Positions 7,154 to 17,046 of a stretch of 28,641 nt of DNA are shown piece by piece. How positions within the stretch are numbered: the stretch's first letter is position 1; every line of letters begins with the position of its first letter. A program made the position numbers and the translations under genes. The DNA comes from a virus (Duplodnaviria > Heunggongvirae > Uroviricota > Caudoviricetes), in IMG/VR virus record IMGVR_UViG_2802429249_000009. One strand, written 5' to 3'. The notes under the pieces were generated by a model. That model saw only the letters and a program-made list of their open reading frames with translations, made no database searches and was not told the DNA's origin.

Positions 7154-7504
7154 ATGCCATCACGAATCCCCCGCGCATGCCGTAAGCGAGGCTGCGCAGG
7201 CACCACGACAGACAGCTCTGGCTACTGCGATAAACATCGTGGTGAAGGCTGGGTGCAGCACCAGCGCGGACTGAGCCGCCACCAGCGTGGCTATGGCTCA
7301 AAATGGACGGTGATTCGTGCCCGTATTCTGAAGCGCGATAAAGGTCTGTGTCAGTTGTGTCTGCGTGTCGGTGTGGTGAGCGAGGCGAAAACCGTCGACC
7401 ACATCATCCCGAAAGCGCATGGCGGAACAGACGCAGACAGCAACCTGCAGAGTCTGTGCTGGCCCTGCCACAAAGCGAAAACAGCGCGCGAACGAATCAG
7501 GTGA
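7154..7504 (+). CDS. HNH homing-type endonuclease (terminase-associated, HK97 gp74-like)
   Basis: HNH core DHIIPKAHGGTDADSNLQSLCWPCHKAKT with Cys pairs (CRKRGC, CQLC); directly upstream of the terminase genes as in HK97-like cos phages. Confidence 0.85.
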   Translation: MPSRIPRACRKRGCAGTTTDSSGYCDKHRGEGWVQHQRGLSRHQRGYGSKWTVIRARILKRDKGLCQLCLRVGVVSEAKTVDHIIPKAHGGTDADSNLQSLCWPCHKAKTARERIR

Positions 7505-7520
7505 TAATTATTCTCACTTG

Positions 7521-7573
7521 TGGGGAGGGGCGGGTCAAATCCCTGCAACCCTGGCTGTCCGGGACCGCCCGCC
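7521..7573. other. Candidate cos / packaging-recognition region between HNH and terminase genes
   Basis: GC-rich imperfect inverted repeat (GGGGCGGGTC at 7527-7536 and GGGACCGCCCGCC at 7561-7573) in the 147-bp gap. Position matches the HK97 arrangement HNH-cos-TerS. Exact nick sites not determinable. Confidence 0.3.
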
Positions 7574-7651
7574 AACCCTTCTTCGCATCGCCGCAGGTTC
7601 GAAAACTTTTTTTTGGGAATGCGATCAAACGATTGATAGGTAAAATCGATT

Positions 7652-8134
7652 ATGTCAGGACCCCCGAAAACCCCGCCACGCCTGCATTTGATACGAGGCA
7701 ACCCCTCAAAGCGCCCCGTTAAAGACCCCAAAAAAACCGCTAAAAAGGACGAAAAAGGTCTCCCTAAAATTCCGCAGCATTTAGGGGCGCAGGGGAAGTA
7801 CTGGTTCAGGCGAATGGCAGAGGAGCTGAATGCGGAAGGGATCATTTCCCAGCTTGATGCGCGTGCACTCGAGTTGCTGGTGGAAGCCTACACCGAATAC
7901 CGGCATCACTGCGAAATACTCGATGTTGAGGGTTATACCTACCGCACGGAAACGCAGAATGGCGATGTGATGATCAAGGCACATCCGGCTGCGGCGATGA
8001 AGGCGGATGCCTGGAAGCGGATCCGGGCGATGCTTGCAGAGTTTGGTATGTCACCGGCAAGCCGGGCGAAAGTAAATACCACCGGACCGGATGATATTGA
8101 TCCGCTGGCGGAGCTTTTAAAAGCGAGAGACTGA
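7652..8134 (+). CDS. Terminase small subunit (P27-family type)
   Basis: Basic N-terminus (RGNPSKRPVKDPKKTAKKDEKG), size and position immediately upstream of and overlapping the large subunit. Confidence 0.8.
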   Translation: MSGPPKTPPRLHLIRGNPSKRPVKDPKKTAKKDEKGLPKIPQHLGAQGKYWFRRMAEELNAEGIISQLDARALELLVEAYTEYRHHCEILDVEGYTYRTETQNGDVMIKAHPAAAMKADAWKRIRAMLAEFGMSPASRAKVNTTGPDDIDPLAELLKARD

Positions 8135-9891
8135 TGGCAAAAGTGGCTGACGGGATCCGCTACGCCGAACGTGTTGTTGCAGGAGAAATTGTCGCTGGCG
8201 AATTTGTCCGTCTGGCCTGCCAGCGTTTTCTTGATGATCTGAAGTACGGCGAAGAGCGGGGGATTTATTTCAGTGAACCCCGTGCGCAGCACATCCTGAA
8301 TTTCTACAAATTTGTGCCCCATGTAAAAGGGGCGCTGGCAGGTCAGCCCATTGAGTTGATGGACTGGCATGTTTTTATCCTCATTAATATTTTTGGTTTT
8401 GTCATTCCGCTGGTGAATGAAGAGACCGGGGAAGTTGTCATGCGCAGCGATGGCAGCGGACGCCCGGTGATGGTGCGCCGGTTCCGGACGGCGTACAACG
8501 AAGTCGCCCGTAAAAACGCAAAATCAACCCTGTCATCGGGTATCGGTCTGTATATGACGGGGGCAGATGGTGAAGGCGGGGCTGAGGTGTATTCAGCCGC
8601 AACCACGCGTGACCAGGCCAGAATCGTGTTTGAAGACGCCAAAAATATGGTCAGAAAAGCCCGGTCGACACTCGGGCGGTTGTTTGATTTCAACAAGCTG
8701 GCGATTTACCAGGAGCAGAGTGCATCAAAATTTGAACCGCTTTCCTCGGATGCAAACAACCTGGACGGTCTGAACATCCACTGCGCCATTATTGATGAGC
8801 TGCATGCACATAAAACCCGTGACGTGTGGGACGTTCTGGAAACGGCAACCGGTGCCCGTCTGCAGTCCCTTTTATTTGGTATCACCACGGCAGGGTTTAA
8901 CAAGGAAGGGATTTGTTACGAGCAGCGTGATTACGCCATTAAGGTATTGCGTGGCTATAACAGTGACGTGGAGGGCGCGGTAAAAGACGACTCTTACTTT
9001 GCGATTATTTACACGCTCGATGAGGGAGATGATCCATTTGATGAAACGGTCTGGCAGAAAGCGAATCCGGGCCTGGGCATCTGTAAACGCTGGGATGATC
9101 TGCGTCGTCTGGCGAAAAAAGCGAAGGAGCAGGTCTCTGCGCGGGTGAATTTTTTTACCAAACACATGAATGTGTGGGTAACAGCAGAGTCTGCCTGGAT
9201 GGACATGATTAAGTGGGAGAAATGCGAATATATTGCCCCACGACATGAGCTTAAAACGTATCCCATGTGGGTCGGCGTCGACCTTGCTCATAAGATTGAT
9301 ATCTGTGCGGCGGCAAAACTCTGGCGAACCGATAACGGACATGTTCATGCTGATTTTAAATTCTGGCTCCCGGAAGGACGGCTGGAGCGGTGCTCGCGGC
9401 AGCAGGCAGAACTTTACCGGAAATGGGCGGAGATGGATAAGCTCATCCTGACGGATGGTGATGTTATCGATCATGCTCAGATAAAAAGTGACTTACTGGA
9501 ATGGATTGGTGGTGAAAACCTCAGGGAACTGGGATTTGACCCGTGGAGTGCAATGCAGTTCAGTCTGGCGCTGGCTGAAGAAGGGATACCGCTGGTGGAA
9601 GTTCCGCAGACGGTCCGCAATCTGTCAGAGGCCATGAAGGAAACGGAATCACTGGTCTATGCCGGGCGTTTCCATCACAGTAATCACCCGGTCATGAACT
9701 GGATGATGTCTAACGTTACGGTAAAACCGGACAAAAACGACAATATCTTCCCGAATAAATCCACGCCTGAAGCCAAAATCGACGGCCCTGTTGCGATGTT
9801 TACAGCAATGAGCCGGATGCTGGTCAATGGCGGTGAACCGGAGCCGGATCTGTCTGAACACCTGATCAGTGTTGGTATCCGCTCGCTTTAA
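8134..9891 (+). CDS. Terminase large subunit
   Basis: 585 aa; ATPase-like region and C-terminal nuclease-like acidic motifs ([24 protein letters not shown]); start overlaps the TerS stop. Confidence 0.9.
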   Translation: MAKVADGIRYAERVVAGEIVAGEFVRLACQRFLDDLKYGEERGIYFSEPRAQHILNFYKFVPHVKGALAGQPIELMDWHVFILINIFGFVIPLVNEETGEVVMRSDGSGRPVMVRRFRTAYNEVARKNAKSTLSSGIGLYMTGADGEGGAEVYSAATTRDQARIVFEDAKNMVRKARSTLGRLFDFNKLAIYQEQSASKFEPLSSDANNLDGLNIHCAIIDELHAHKTRDVWDVLETATGARLQSLLFGITTAGFNKEGICYEQRDYAIKVLRGYNSDVEGAVKDDSYFAIIYTLDEGDDPFDETVWQKANPGLGICKRWDDLRRLAKKAKEQVSARVNFFTKHMNVWVTAESAWMDMIKWEKCEYIAPRHELKTYPMWVGVDLAHKIDICAAAKLWRTDNGHVHADFKFWLPEGRLERCSRQQAELYRKWAEMDKLILTDGDVIDHAQIKSDLLEWIGGENLRELGFDPWSAMQFSLALAEEGIPLVEVPQTVRNLSEAMKETESLVYAGRFHHSNHPVMNWMMSNVTVKPDKNDNIFPNKSTPEAKIDGPVAMFTAMSRMLVNGGEPEPDLSEHLISVGIRSL

Positions 9892-9902
9892 CCGAGGTCA
9901 TT

Positions 9903-10085
9903 ATGTTTCTGATAATTCTCACGCCACTGGTGGGCGTGCTGGGGGCGCTTTTGCTGTCGTATGGCGCATGGCTGATTTATCCCCCAGCAGGTTTTGTTGT
10001 TGCCGGGGTGCTGTGCCTGTGCTGGTCGTGGCTGGTTGCGCGTTATCTCGATCGCGGTCACCGGGGCGCCTCCGGAGGTGAGTAA
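9903..10085 (+). CDS. Small hydrophobic protein, 60 aa, between terminase and portal
   Basis: ATG 9903 after GAGG; two hydrophobic helices; stop overlaps the portal start. Could be spurious. Confidence 0.35.
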   Translation: MFLIILTPLVGVLGALLLSYGAWLIYPPAGFVVAGVLCLCWSWLVARYLDRGHRGASGGE

Positions 10086-11326
10086 TGTTTTTCCAGGGGC
10101 TTTTTCAACGTAAAAATAATCCCCCCGTCACAACGCCCGGGATGCTTGCGGAAGAACTTGGGTTGTCATATGACACCTATACCGGAAAGCGGATCAGCAG
10201 TAAGCGGGCCATGCGGCTGACGGCAGTGTATTCCTGCGTCAGGGTGCTGGCAGAGTCTGTTGGTATGCTGCCCTGCAGCCTCTACAAAATCACCGGCACC
10301 CTGAAAACACGGGCGGTGGATGAACGACTGCATAAGCTGATTTCGGCAAAACCCAATGGCTACATGACGCCGCAGGAATTCTGGGAACTGGTCATTGTCT
10401 GCCTGTGTCTGCGGGGTAATTTTTACGCCTACAAGGTAAAGGCACTGGGGGAAGTGGTGGAGCTTCTTCCGATAGATCCGGGCTGTGTGGAACCGAAGCT
10501 GAACAGCCAGTGGCAGCCGGTTTATCAGGTGACGTTTCCGGATGGTTCCGTGGATGTGTTGACCCAGGATGAAATCTGGCATGTGCGCACCCTGACGCTG
10601 GACGGACTGGTGGGGCTGAATCCCATTGCGTATGCGCGTGAGGCCATTTCACTGGCAGCGGCAACCGAGGAGCACGGTGCCAGGTTGTTTGGTAATGGTG
10701 CGGTGACATCCGGTGTGTTGCGTACGGAACAAAAGCTCACGCCGGATGCTTACGAGCGTCTGAAGAAAGATTTTGAGGAGCGTCACACGGGGCTTGGCAA
10801 TGCTCACCGCCCGATGATTCTGGAAATGGGGCTGGACTGGAAGTCGATGGCGCTGAACGCCGAGGACAGCCAGTTCCTGGAAACCCGCAAGTTTCAGCTG
10901 GAAGAAATCTGTCGTCTTTTCCGCGTGCCACTGCATATGGTGCAGAACACTGACCGCGCCACCTTCAACAATATTGAAGAGCTGGGGCTTGGCTTCATTA
11001 ACTATTCCCTTGTGCCGTATCTGACCCGTATTGAACAGCGGATCAATACAGGGCTGGTCAGGGAGAGCAAACAGGGGAAGTTTTACGCCAAATTTAATGC
11101 CGGAGCATTGTTGCGTGGCGACATGAAATCCCGCTTTGAAGCGTATGCCACGGGGATCAACTGGGGAATTTATTCCCCTAATGACTGCCGTGATCTGGAG
11201 GATATGAATCCCCGACCGGGCGGTGATGTGTATCTGACACCGATGAACATGACCACCAGTCCCTCTGCTGGCGATGACAACGGTAAGAAAAAGGAGAGTG
11301 GAGATGCAGACAAAACAGCGTCTTGA
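10085..11326 (+). CDS. Portal protein (HK97 family)
   Basis: 413 aa; GGAGGTGAG RBS; N-terminal LTAVYSCVRVLAESVGMLP block typical of HK97-type portals; position after terminase. Confidence 0.9.
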   Translation: MFFQGLFQRKNNPPVTTPGMLAEELGLSYDTYTGKRISSKRAMRLTAVYSCVRVLAESVGMLPCSLYKITGTLKTRAVDERLHKLISAKPNGYMTPQEFWELVIVCLCLRGNFYAYKVKALGEVVELLPIDPGCVEPKLNSQWQPVYQVTFPDGSVDVLTQDEIWHVRTLTLDGLVGLNPIAYAREAISLAAATEEHGARLFGNGAVTSGVLRTEQKLTPDAYERLKKDFEERHTGLGNAHRPMILEMGLDWKSMALNAEDSQFLETRKFQLEEICRLFRVPLHMVQNTDRATFNNIEELGLGFINYSLVPYLTRIEQRINTGLVRESKQGKFYAKFNAGALLRGDMKSRFEAYATGINWGIYSPNDCRDLEDMNPRPGGDVYLTPMNMTTSPSAGDDNGKKKESGDADKTAS

Positions 11327-11954
11327 TATACCGCTGAACCTGAAATCCGTCAGTGATTCCGGGGAATTTGAAGGTTACGGTTCTGTTTTTGGTGTTAAGG
11401 ACAGCCACGATGATGTGGTGGTCCCCGGAGCCTTTACCACAACACTCCAGAAATGGAGCGAAAAAAAGGCGCTGCCTGCGTTGCTCTGGCAGCACCGCAT
11501 GGATGAGCCCATCGGTGTGTACACCGAAATGAAAGAAGATGATGTCGGGCTTTATGTCAGGGGACGATTACTCATTGATGATGATCCCCTGGCAAAACGT
11601 GCACATGCCCATATGAAGGCCGGTTCTTTAACCGGCCTTTCTATTGGCTACATCCTGAAAGACTGGGAGTACGACCGGGAAAAAGGGGTATTCCTGCTGA
11701 AAGAGATCGACCTGTGGGAGGTCAGTCTGGTGACGTTTCCTTGCAATGATGAGGCACGTATCAGCGATGTGAAAAATGCGCTGGCGCGTGGGGTGATCCC
11801 TGATCAGAAAATTATTGAGCGGGTCCTGCGCGATGTTGGACTCTCGCGAACCCAGGCCAAAGCATTCATGGCCGGGGGATATGGCGCTTTATCCCTGCGT
11901 GATGCTGAGGATGTGGATGCCGCACTGAATGCACTGAAAAATCTTACTTTTTAA
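11304..11954 (+). CDS. Prohead maturation protease (HK97 family)
   Basis: ATG 11304 after AGGAGAG (track start 11274, same frame). EFEGYGSVFGVKDSHDDVVVPGAF block; sits between portal and capsid. Confidence 0.85.
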   Translation: MQTKQRLDIPLNLKSVSDSGEFEGYGSVFGVKDSHDDVVVPGAFTTTLQKWSEKKALPALLWQHRMDEPIGVYTEMKEDDVGLYVRGRLLIDDDPLAKRAHAHMKAGSLTGLSIGYILKDWEYDREKGVFLLKEIDLWEVSLVTFPCNDEARISDVKNALARGVIPDQKIIERVLRDVGLSRTQAKAFMAGGYGALSLRDAEDVDAALNALKNLTF

Positions 11955-11967
11955 TCAGGAGTAAATA

Positions 11968-13194
11968 ATGGCTGTTGATATTAAAGACGTGGAACAGGTC
12001 GCGCAGGATTTGCAGCAGAAGTTTGACGATTTTAAGGCAAAAAACGACAAACGCATTGATGCGATCGAACAGGAAAAAAGCAAGCTGGCCGAACAGGTGG
12101 AAAGCCTGAACGGGCAAATCAGCGAGCTGGAGAGTCTGAAAAGCGACCTGGAAAAAGAGCTGGCAGACATCAAGCGTCCGGTAGGCGGCACGCAAAATAA
12201 AGTTGCCGGTGAACATAAAGAAGCGTTTATCGGATTTATGCGCAAGGGGCGTGAAGACGGTCTGCGTGAACTTGAACGTAAGGCGCTTCAGGTGGGCAAT
12301 GATGAAGATGGTGGTTATGCCATTCCTGAAGAACTGGATCGTACCATCCTGACGCTGCTGAAAGATGAGGTGGTGATGCGCCAGGAAGCCACTGTGATCA
12401 CCCTCGGTGGCTCGGATTATAAAAAACTGGTGAATCTGGGCGGCACTAAGTCCGGATGGGTGGGGGAAACGGATGCACGTCCGGAAACCGCCACCTCAAA
12501 ACTGGGGCTGATTGAACCCTTTATGGGGGAAATCTACGGCAACCCGCAGGCCACTCAGAAAATGCTCGATGACGCTTTCTTCAATGTGGAAGACTGGATC
12601 AACAGTGAGCTGGCGCTGGAATTTGCCGAACAGGAAGAAATTGCCTTTACCAGTGGCGACGGCAGCAAAAAACCAAAAGGTTTTCTGGCTTACGAGTCCA
12701 CCGATGAAGATGACAAGACCCGTGCGTTTGGCAAACTTCAGCACATTGCTTCCGGTGCGGCTTCCGGCGTGACTGCCGATGCGATCATTAAACTGATTTA
12801 CACCCTGCGCAAGGCGCACCGCAGCGGCGCGAAGTTTATGATGAACAACAGCAGCCTGTTTGCCATTCGTCTGCTGAAGGATAACGACGGAAATTATCTG
12901 TGGCGTCCGGGTATTGAGCTGGGTCAGCCTTCTTCTCTGGCAGGGTATGGCATCGTTGAGAATGAGCAGATGCCGGATATTGCCGCCGATGCAAAAGCCA
13001 TTGCGTTTGGTAACTTCAAACGCGGCTATACCATCGTTGACCGCATCGGTACCCGTATCCTGCGCGATCCGTACACCAACAAACCGTTTGTGGGTTTTTA
13101 TACCACCAAGCGAACCGGCGGTATGCTGGTGGATTCTCAGGCGATTAAGCTGATGAAAATTGGGGCTGCAACCCGCCAGAAAGCCGCTGCGTAA
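11968..13194 (+). CDS. Major capsid protein (HK97 fold) with N-terminal coiled-coil delta/scaffold domain
   Basis: 408 aa; charged coiled-coil N-terminus (KLAEQVESLNGQISELESLKSDLEKELADIK) followed by a capsid domain; gene order protease then capsid. Confidence 0.9.
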   Translation: MAVDIKDVEQVAQDLQQKFDDFKAKNDKRIDAIEQEKSKLAEQVESLNGQISELESLKSDLEKELADIKRPVGGTQNKVAGEHKEAFIGFMRKGREDGLRELERKALQVGNDEDGGYAIPEELDRTILTLLKDEVVMRQEATVITLGGSDYKKLVNLGGTKSGWVGETDARPETATSKLGLIEPFMGEIYGNPQATQKMLDDAFFNVEDWINSELALEFAEQEEIAFTSGDGSKKPKGFLAYESTDEDDKTRAFGKLQHIASGAASGVTADAIIKLIYTLRKAHRSGAKFMMNNSSLFAIRLLKDNDGNYLWRPGIELGQPSSLAGYGIVENEQMPDIAADAKAIAFGNFKRGYTIVDRIGTRILRDPYTNKPFVGFYTTKRTGGMLVDSQAIKLMKIGAATRQKAAA

Positions 13195-13206
13195 TGCGGT
13201 TTTTTT
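13184..13206 (+). terminator. Possible weak intrinsic terminator/attenuator just after the capsid gene
   Basis: CCGC (13184-13187) pairs with GCGG (13196-13199) followed by T7 (13200-13206). A separate perfect 9-bp hairpin GTGCCCGC..GCGGGCAC (13207-13228) precedes the next RBS. Confidence 0.35.
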
Positions 13207-13239
13207 GTGCCCGCGTAATGGCGGGCACAGGAGGAAAAT

Positions 13240-13563
13240 ATGCTCCTGAAAGAAGAGGAAATTAAATCTCACCTCCGGCTCGATGATGGTTTGTACAGTG
13301 ACGGCGATTTTCTGAAACTGCTGGCGCAGGCGGTACAGAAAAGAACAGAGACATACCTGAACAGGAAGTTGTATGCCCCGGAAGAGACGATTCCGGAAGA
13401 CGATCCTGACGGGATTCATCTGACCGATGATGTTCGTCTGGCAATGCTGATGCTGGTCAGTCATTTTTATGAGAATCGCTCAACGATCACCGATGTGGAG
13501 AAACTGGAAACGCCAATGAGTTTCAGATGGCTCGCTGGCCCTTACAGGATTGTCCCACTATGA
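13240..13563 (+). CDS. Head-tail connector protein (gp6-like)
   Basis: 107 aa; GGAGGA RBS; size and position after the capsid gene. Family from pattern recall. Confidence 0.75.
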   Translation: MLLKEEEIKSHLRLDDGLYSDGDFLKLLAQAVQKRTETYLNRKLYAPEETIPEDDPDGIHLTDDVRLAMLMLVSHFYENRSTITDVEKLETPMSFRWLAGPYRIVPL

Positions 13564-13976
13564 AAATCAGGCAAAGTCAGACCAGTGCCACTTACCTTTT
13601 ACCGGATCCCGGAGAACTGAATCGCCGGATAAAGATCCGCCTCCGTGTGGATGAACCCACAGATGATTTTGGTACGGAGCCGACATATACGGAATCGTTT
13701 GATGTCTGGGCAAAAGTGGCTCAGCCAGGTGCTGCCGCTTATCAGGGCTCAGTGCAGACAGAAAATGTCGTTACGCATTATTTTACAATCCGTTTCCGGC
13801 ACGATATCACGGCAGATCATGAGGTGGTTTATTACGGTCAGGTGTACCGGATCCGGCGAATACGCGACCTGAATGGTCAGCGCCGTTTTTTATTGCTGGA
13901 ATGTGAGGAATTGTGCACAGAGCGGCGACGGGGTGAATGCCATGAATCAGACAGCATTTTTACACGTCGACTTTAA
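13560..13976 (+). CDS. Head closure / head-tail adaptor protein
   Basis: ATG 13560 overlaps the upstream stop (ATGA); track ORF 13527-13976 same frame; HYFTIRFRHDIT..VYRIRRIRDL..RFLLLECEE resembles the head-tail joining family. Confidence 0.7.
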   Translation: MKIRQSQTSATYLLPDPGELNRRIKIRLRVDEPTDDFGTEPTYTESFDVWAKVAQPGAAAYQGSVQTENVVTHYFTIRFRHDITADHEVVYYGQVYRIRRIRDLNGQRRFLLLECEELCTERRRGECHESDSIFTRRL

Positions 13977-14466
13977 ACAACCAAAGGAGCTGGAGTTTAA
14001 TCGTGCCCGTCTGCGGCGGGCATTTGTGCAGATCGGGCGCGTCTATATGCGCGACGCCAGACGTCTGGTGATTAAACGCGGACGCTCCGGTCAGGGAGAG
14101 AACCCGGGATATCAGACCGGGCGTCTGGCCCGCTCCATCGGTTATTACGTTCCCAAAAAAACGACGCGTCGCCCCGGACTGATGGTGAAAATTTCCCCTA
14201 ACCAGAAAAACGGGCAGGGGAATCGCCGTTTTCCTGAAGGCGCTCCTTATTATCCGGCGTTTCTGTATTACGGTGTTCGCCATTCAGCGTATGGAATGGA
14301 TAAAAAGGATAAGCGGCAGAAGAAGCACCATTCTTCGACTTTCCGGCTGGCCCCGCGTAATAACTTTATGGCTGACGTTATTGAGCGGCGGCGTCACTGG
14401 ACGCAGGAACTGTTGTCCCGTGAACTGCAGCGTTCGTTACGTCCGGTAAAAAGGAAGCATAAATGA
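13942..14466 (+). CDS. Virion morphogenesis / tail-attachment protein (HK97 gp10-like)
   Basis: ATG 13942 after GGGGTGA (track start 13873, same frame); basic protein; stop overlaps the next start. Confidence 0.65.
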   Translation: MNQTAFLHVDFKQPKELEFNRARLRRAFVQIGRVYMRDARRLVIKRGRSGQGENPGYQTGRLARSIGYYVPKKTTRRPGLMVKISPNQKNGQGNRRFPEGAPYYPAFLYYGVRHSAYGMDKKDKRQKKHHSSTFRLAPRNNFMADVIERRRHWTQELLSRELQRSLRPVKRKHK

Positions 14467-15026
14467 AACTGACAACGATAATTGCGGCGCTGCGTGAGCG
14501 ATGCCCGCGTTTTGAGAACCGTATTAGTGGTGCGGCGCAGTTTAAGGCGATCCCTGATGTCGGAAAACTGCGACTGCCTGCTGCCTATGTTGTCCCCTCT
14601 GACGATGCGCCGGGGGAACAAAAATCACAGACCGATTACTGGCAGGATTTGACAGAAGGCTTCTCCGTTATTGTTGTGCTCAGCAATGAGCGTGATGAAA
14701 AAGGGCAGTGGGCAGCCTATGACGCCGTTCATGATGTCCGGAGAGAACTCTGGAAAGCCCTGCTTGGATGGATGCCGGATCCGCAGGGGGGCGAGATTGT
14801 TTATGCCGGTGGCACCCTGCTGGATCTGAACCGTTACGAACTGTATTACCAGTTTGATTTTACGGCGAAGTATGAAATCACGGAAGAAGACACGCGACAG
14901 GCAGAGGACGTGAATGCCTTGCCGGATTTATCCCTGCTGAGTATTGATGTGGATTACATCGATCCTGGTACTGGCCCGGATGGTGACATTGAGCACCATC
15001 TGGAAATGCGTTTCCCTCAGAAATAA
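14463..15026 (+). CDS. Tail-associated structural protein (Mu gp37-like, tail terminator/neck candidate)
   Basis: 187 aa; ATGA overlap with the upstream gene; position immediately upstream of the sheath gene. Function inferred from synteny. Confidence 0.6.
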   Translation: MKLTTIIAALRERCPRFENRISGAAQFKAIPDVGKLRLPAAYVVPSDDAPGEQKSQTDYWQDLTEGFSVIVVLSNERDEKGQWAAYDAVHDVRRELWKALLGWMPDPQGGEIVYAGGTLLDLNRYELYYQFDFTAKYEITEEDTRQAEDVNALPDLSLLSIDVDYIDPGTGPDGDIEHHLEMRFPQK

Positions 15027-15035
15027 GAGTCCCTC

Positions 15036-15197
15036 ATGTTTGTGAAACCCCTGAAAGGGCGGTCAGTTCCTGACCCTGCCCGTGGAGACCTTTTGCCTTC
15101 TGACGGGCGAAATGTGGAAGAAAGCAGCTACTGGCTCCGCCGTATAGCGGCGGGTGATGTGGTACGTGTTAAACAGGATAAGGCTAAAGAATCATGA
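15036..15197 (+). CDS. Small protein, 53 aa, upstream of the sheath gene
   Basis: ATG 15036, stop overlaps the sheath ATG (ATGA). Below track cut-off; a short gene before the sheath is common in Mu-like tail clusters. Confidence 0.4.
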   Translation: MFVKPLKGRSVPDPARGDLLPSDGRNVEESSYWLRRIAAGDVVRVKQDKAKES

Positions 15198-16690
15198 CAA
15201 TAAGTTTTAGTGCTGTTCCGTCGGATACGCTGGTGCCGTTGTTCTACGCCGAGATGGACAATTCTGCGGCAAATACAGCAGTGACCAGCGCGCCTGCATT
15301 ATTGATCGGGCATGCCAGCAACGATGCCGCCATTGAGGTTAACAGCCTGGTGCTGATGCCGTCGGCAGATTATGCCCGTCAGATTTGTGGGGCCGGGAGT
15401 CAGCTGGCGCGTATGGTTGACGTCTACCGTCAGACAGATCCTTTCGGTGAACTGTATGTTATTGCAGTACCGGAAGCCAAAGGGGCGGCGGCGACGGTCA
15501 GGGTGACAGTTACCGGAGAAGCAGAGGAAAGCGGCACCCTGAGTCTGTATGTCGGGCGCTCCCGTGTACAGGTGCCTGTGGTGAATGGCGATGATGCCAC
15601 TGCGGTTGCCACCGCGATTAAGGAAGCGGTAAACGGGGTTATCACCCTGCCGTTTACGGCGTCATCTGATGCGGGTGTGGTGACGCTGACTGCCCGCCAT
15701 AAGGGGCTGTATAGTAACGAGTTGCCTGTCTGCCTGAATTATTATGGTTCTGGTGGTGGTGAGATTCTGCCTGCGGGGCTTCAGGTCGTGACGGAAGCCG
15801 GGACTGCGGGGAGTGGCGCGCCTGATCTTACCGCCGCTGTTGCTGCTATGGGCGATGAGGCATTCGACTTTATCGGTCTGCCGTTCAACGATGCCGCCTC
15901 CATCAATATGATGATGACCGAAATGAATGACAGCAGCGGTCGCTGGAGTTATGCGCGCCAGTTATACGGGCATGTCTATACCGCAAAACTGGGAACGCTG
16001 TCAGAGCTGGTTGATGCCGGAGATATGCATAATCAGCAACATATCACGCTTGCCGGTTACGAAAAAGAAACCCAGTCGCCTGTCGATGAACTGGTTGCCA
16101 GTCGCCTTGCCCGTGAAGCGGTATTTATTCGCAATGACCCGGCCCGTCCGACACAGACGGGGGAACTGGTGGGGATGCTTCCGGCACCGAAAGGTAAGCG
16201 ATTCATCATGACAGAGCAGCAGACCCTTTTATCTCACGGGGTGGCGACGGCTTATGTGGAAGGCGGCACGTTGCGGATCCAGCGTTCCGTAACCACATAC
16301 AAAAAAAATGCATATGGCGTGGCAGACAACAGTTATCTGGACAGTGAAACACTGCATACCAGCGCATACGTTCTTCGCAAACTGAAATCGGTCATCACAA
16401 GCAAGTACGGACGTCACAAGCTGGCAAATGATGGTACCCGTTTTGGTCCGGGGCAGGCGATTGTTACTCCTGCCGTTATCAAAGGGGAGCTTCTGGCGAC
16501 ATATCGTCGGATGGAGCGTGCCGGTATTGTGGAAAATTACGATCTGTTTAAACAGTATCTGATAGTTGAGCGTGATGCGGATAACCCGAACCGACTGAAC
16601 ACGCTGTTCCCGCCGGATTATGTTAACCAGTTACGTGTCTTTGCGGTGGTTAACCAGTTCCGTCTCCAGTATTCAGAGGAGTCAGCATAA
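15194..16690 (+). CDS. Contractile tail sheath protein (Mu gpL-like)
   Basis: 498 aa; size, position before the tube gene and Mu-like module context. Confidence 0.85.
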   Translation: MTISFSAVPSDTLVPLFYAEMDNSAANTAVTSAPALLIGHASNDAAIEVNSLVLMPSADYARQICGAGSQLARMVDVYRQTDPFGELYVIAVPEAKGAAATVRVTVTGEAEESGTLSLYVGRSRVQVPVVNGDDATAVATAIKEAVNGVITLPFTASSDAGVVTLTARHKGLYSNELPVCLNYYGSGGGEILPAGLQVVTEAGTAGSGAPDLTAAVAAMGDEAFDFIGLPFNDAASINMMMTEMNDSSGRWSYARQLYGHVYTAKLGTLSELVDAGDMHNQQHITLAGYEKETQSPVDELVASRLAREAVFIRNDPARPTQTGELVGMLPAPKGKRFIMTEQQTLLSHGVATAYVEGGTLRIQRSVTTYKKNAYGVADNSYLDSETLHTSAYVLRKLKSVITSKYGRHKLANDGTRFGPGQAIVTPAVIKGELLATYRRMERAGIVENYDLFKQYLIVERDADNPNRLNTLFPPDYVNQLRVFAVVNQFRLQYSEESA

Positions 16691-17046
16691 TGGCAAAGAT
16701 CGCCGGAACCTGTTTTTTAAAAGTGGATGGTCAGCAGTTATCGCTGACAGGTGGCATTGAAGTGCCGATGAACACCAATGTCCGGGATGATGTCGTCGGC
16801 ATGGCAGGGGATGTGGATTACAAGGAGACCTGGCGGTCACCTTACGTTAAGGGCACGTTTAAAGTGCCCAAAAACTTTCCGGTCGACAAAATTACCACCT
16901 CAGACCAGATGACGATTACCGCTGAGCTGGCAAACGGCATGGTGTATGTGCTTTCGGCTGCATGGCTGCATGGAGAGGCTAACCATAATGCCGAAGAAGG
17001 CACGGCAGATCTTGAATTCCACGGCGAAGAGGGAGGATATCAGTAA
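16690..17046 (+). CDS. Tail tube protein (Mu gpM-like)
   Basis: 118 aa, start overlaps the sheath stop; followed by chaperone and tape-measure genes. Confidence 0.8.
   Translation: MAKIAGTCFLKVDGQQLSLTGGIEVPMNTNVRDDVVGMAGDVDYKETWRSPYVKGTFKVPKNFPVDKITTSDQMTITAELANGMVYVLSAAWLHGEANHNAEEGTADLEFHGEEGGYQ

Noticed and set aside
7348-7845. Track ORFs 7348-7722 (+) and 7351-7845 (-) spanning the HNH 3' end and the putative cos region
   Set aside because: They overlap the HNH gene and the terminase small subunit start in other frames or antisense; the interval is better explained as an intergenic packaging site.
12496-13464. 322-aa minus-strand ORF
   Set aside because: Lies antisense across the major capsid and connector genes, which have strong family signatures and coupled starts; typical shadow ORF of GC-rich coding sequence.
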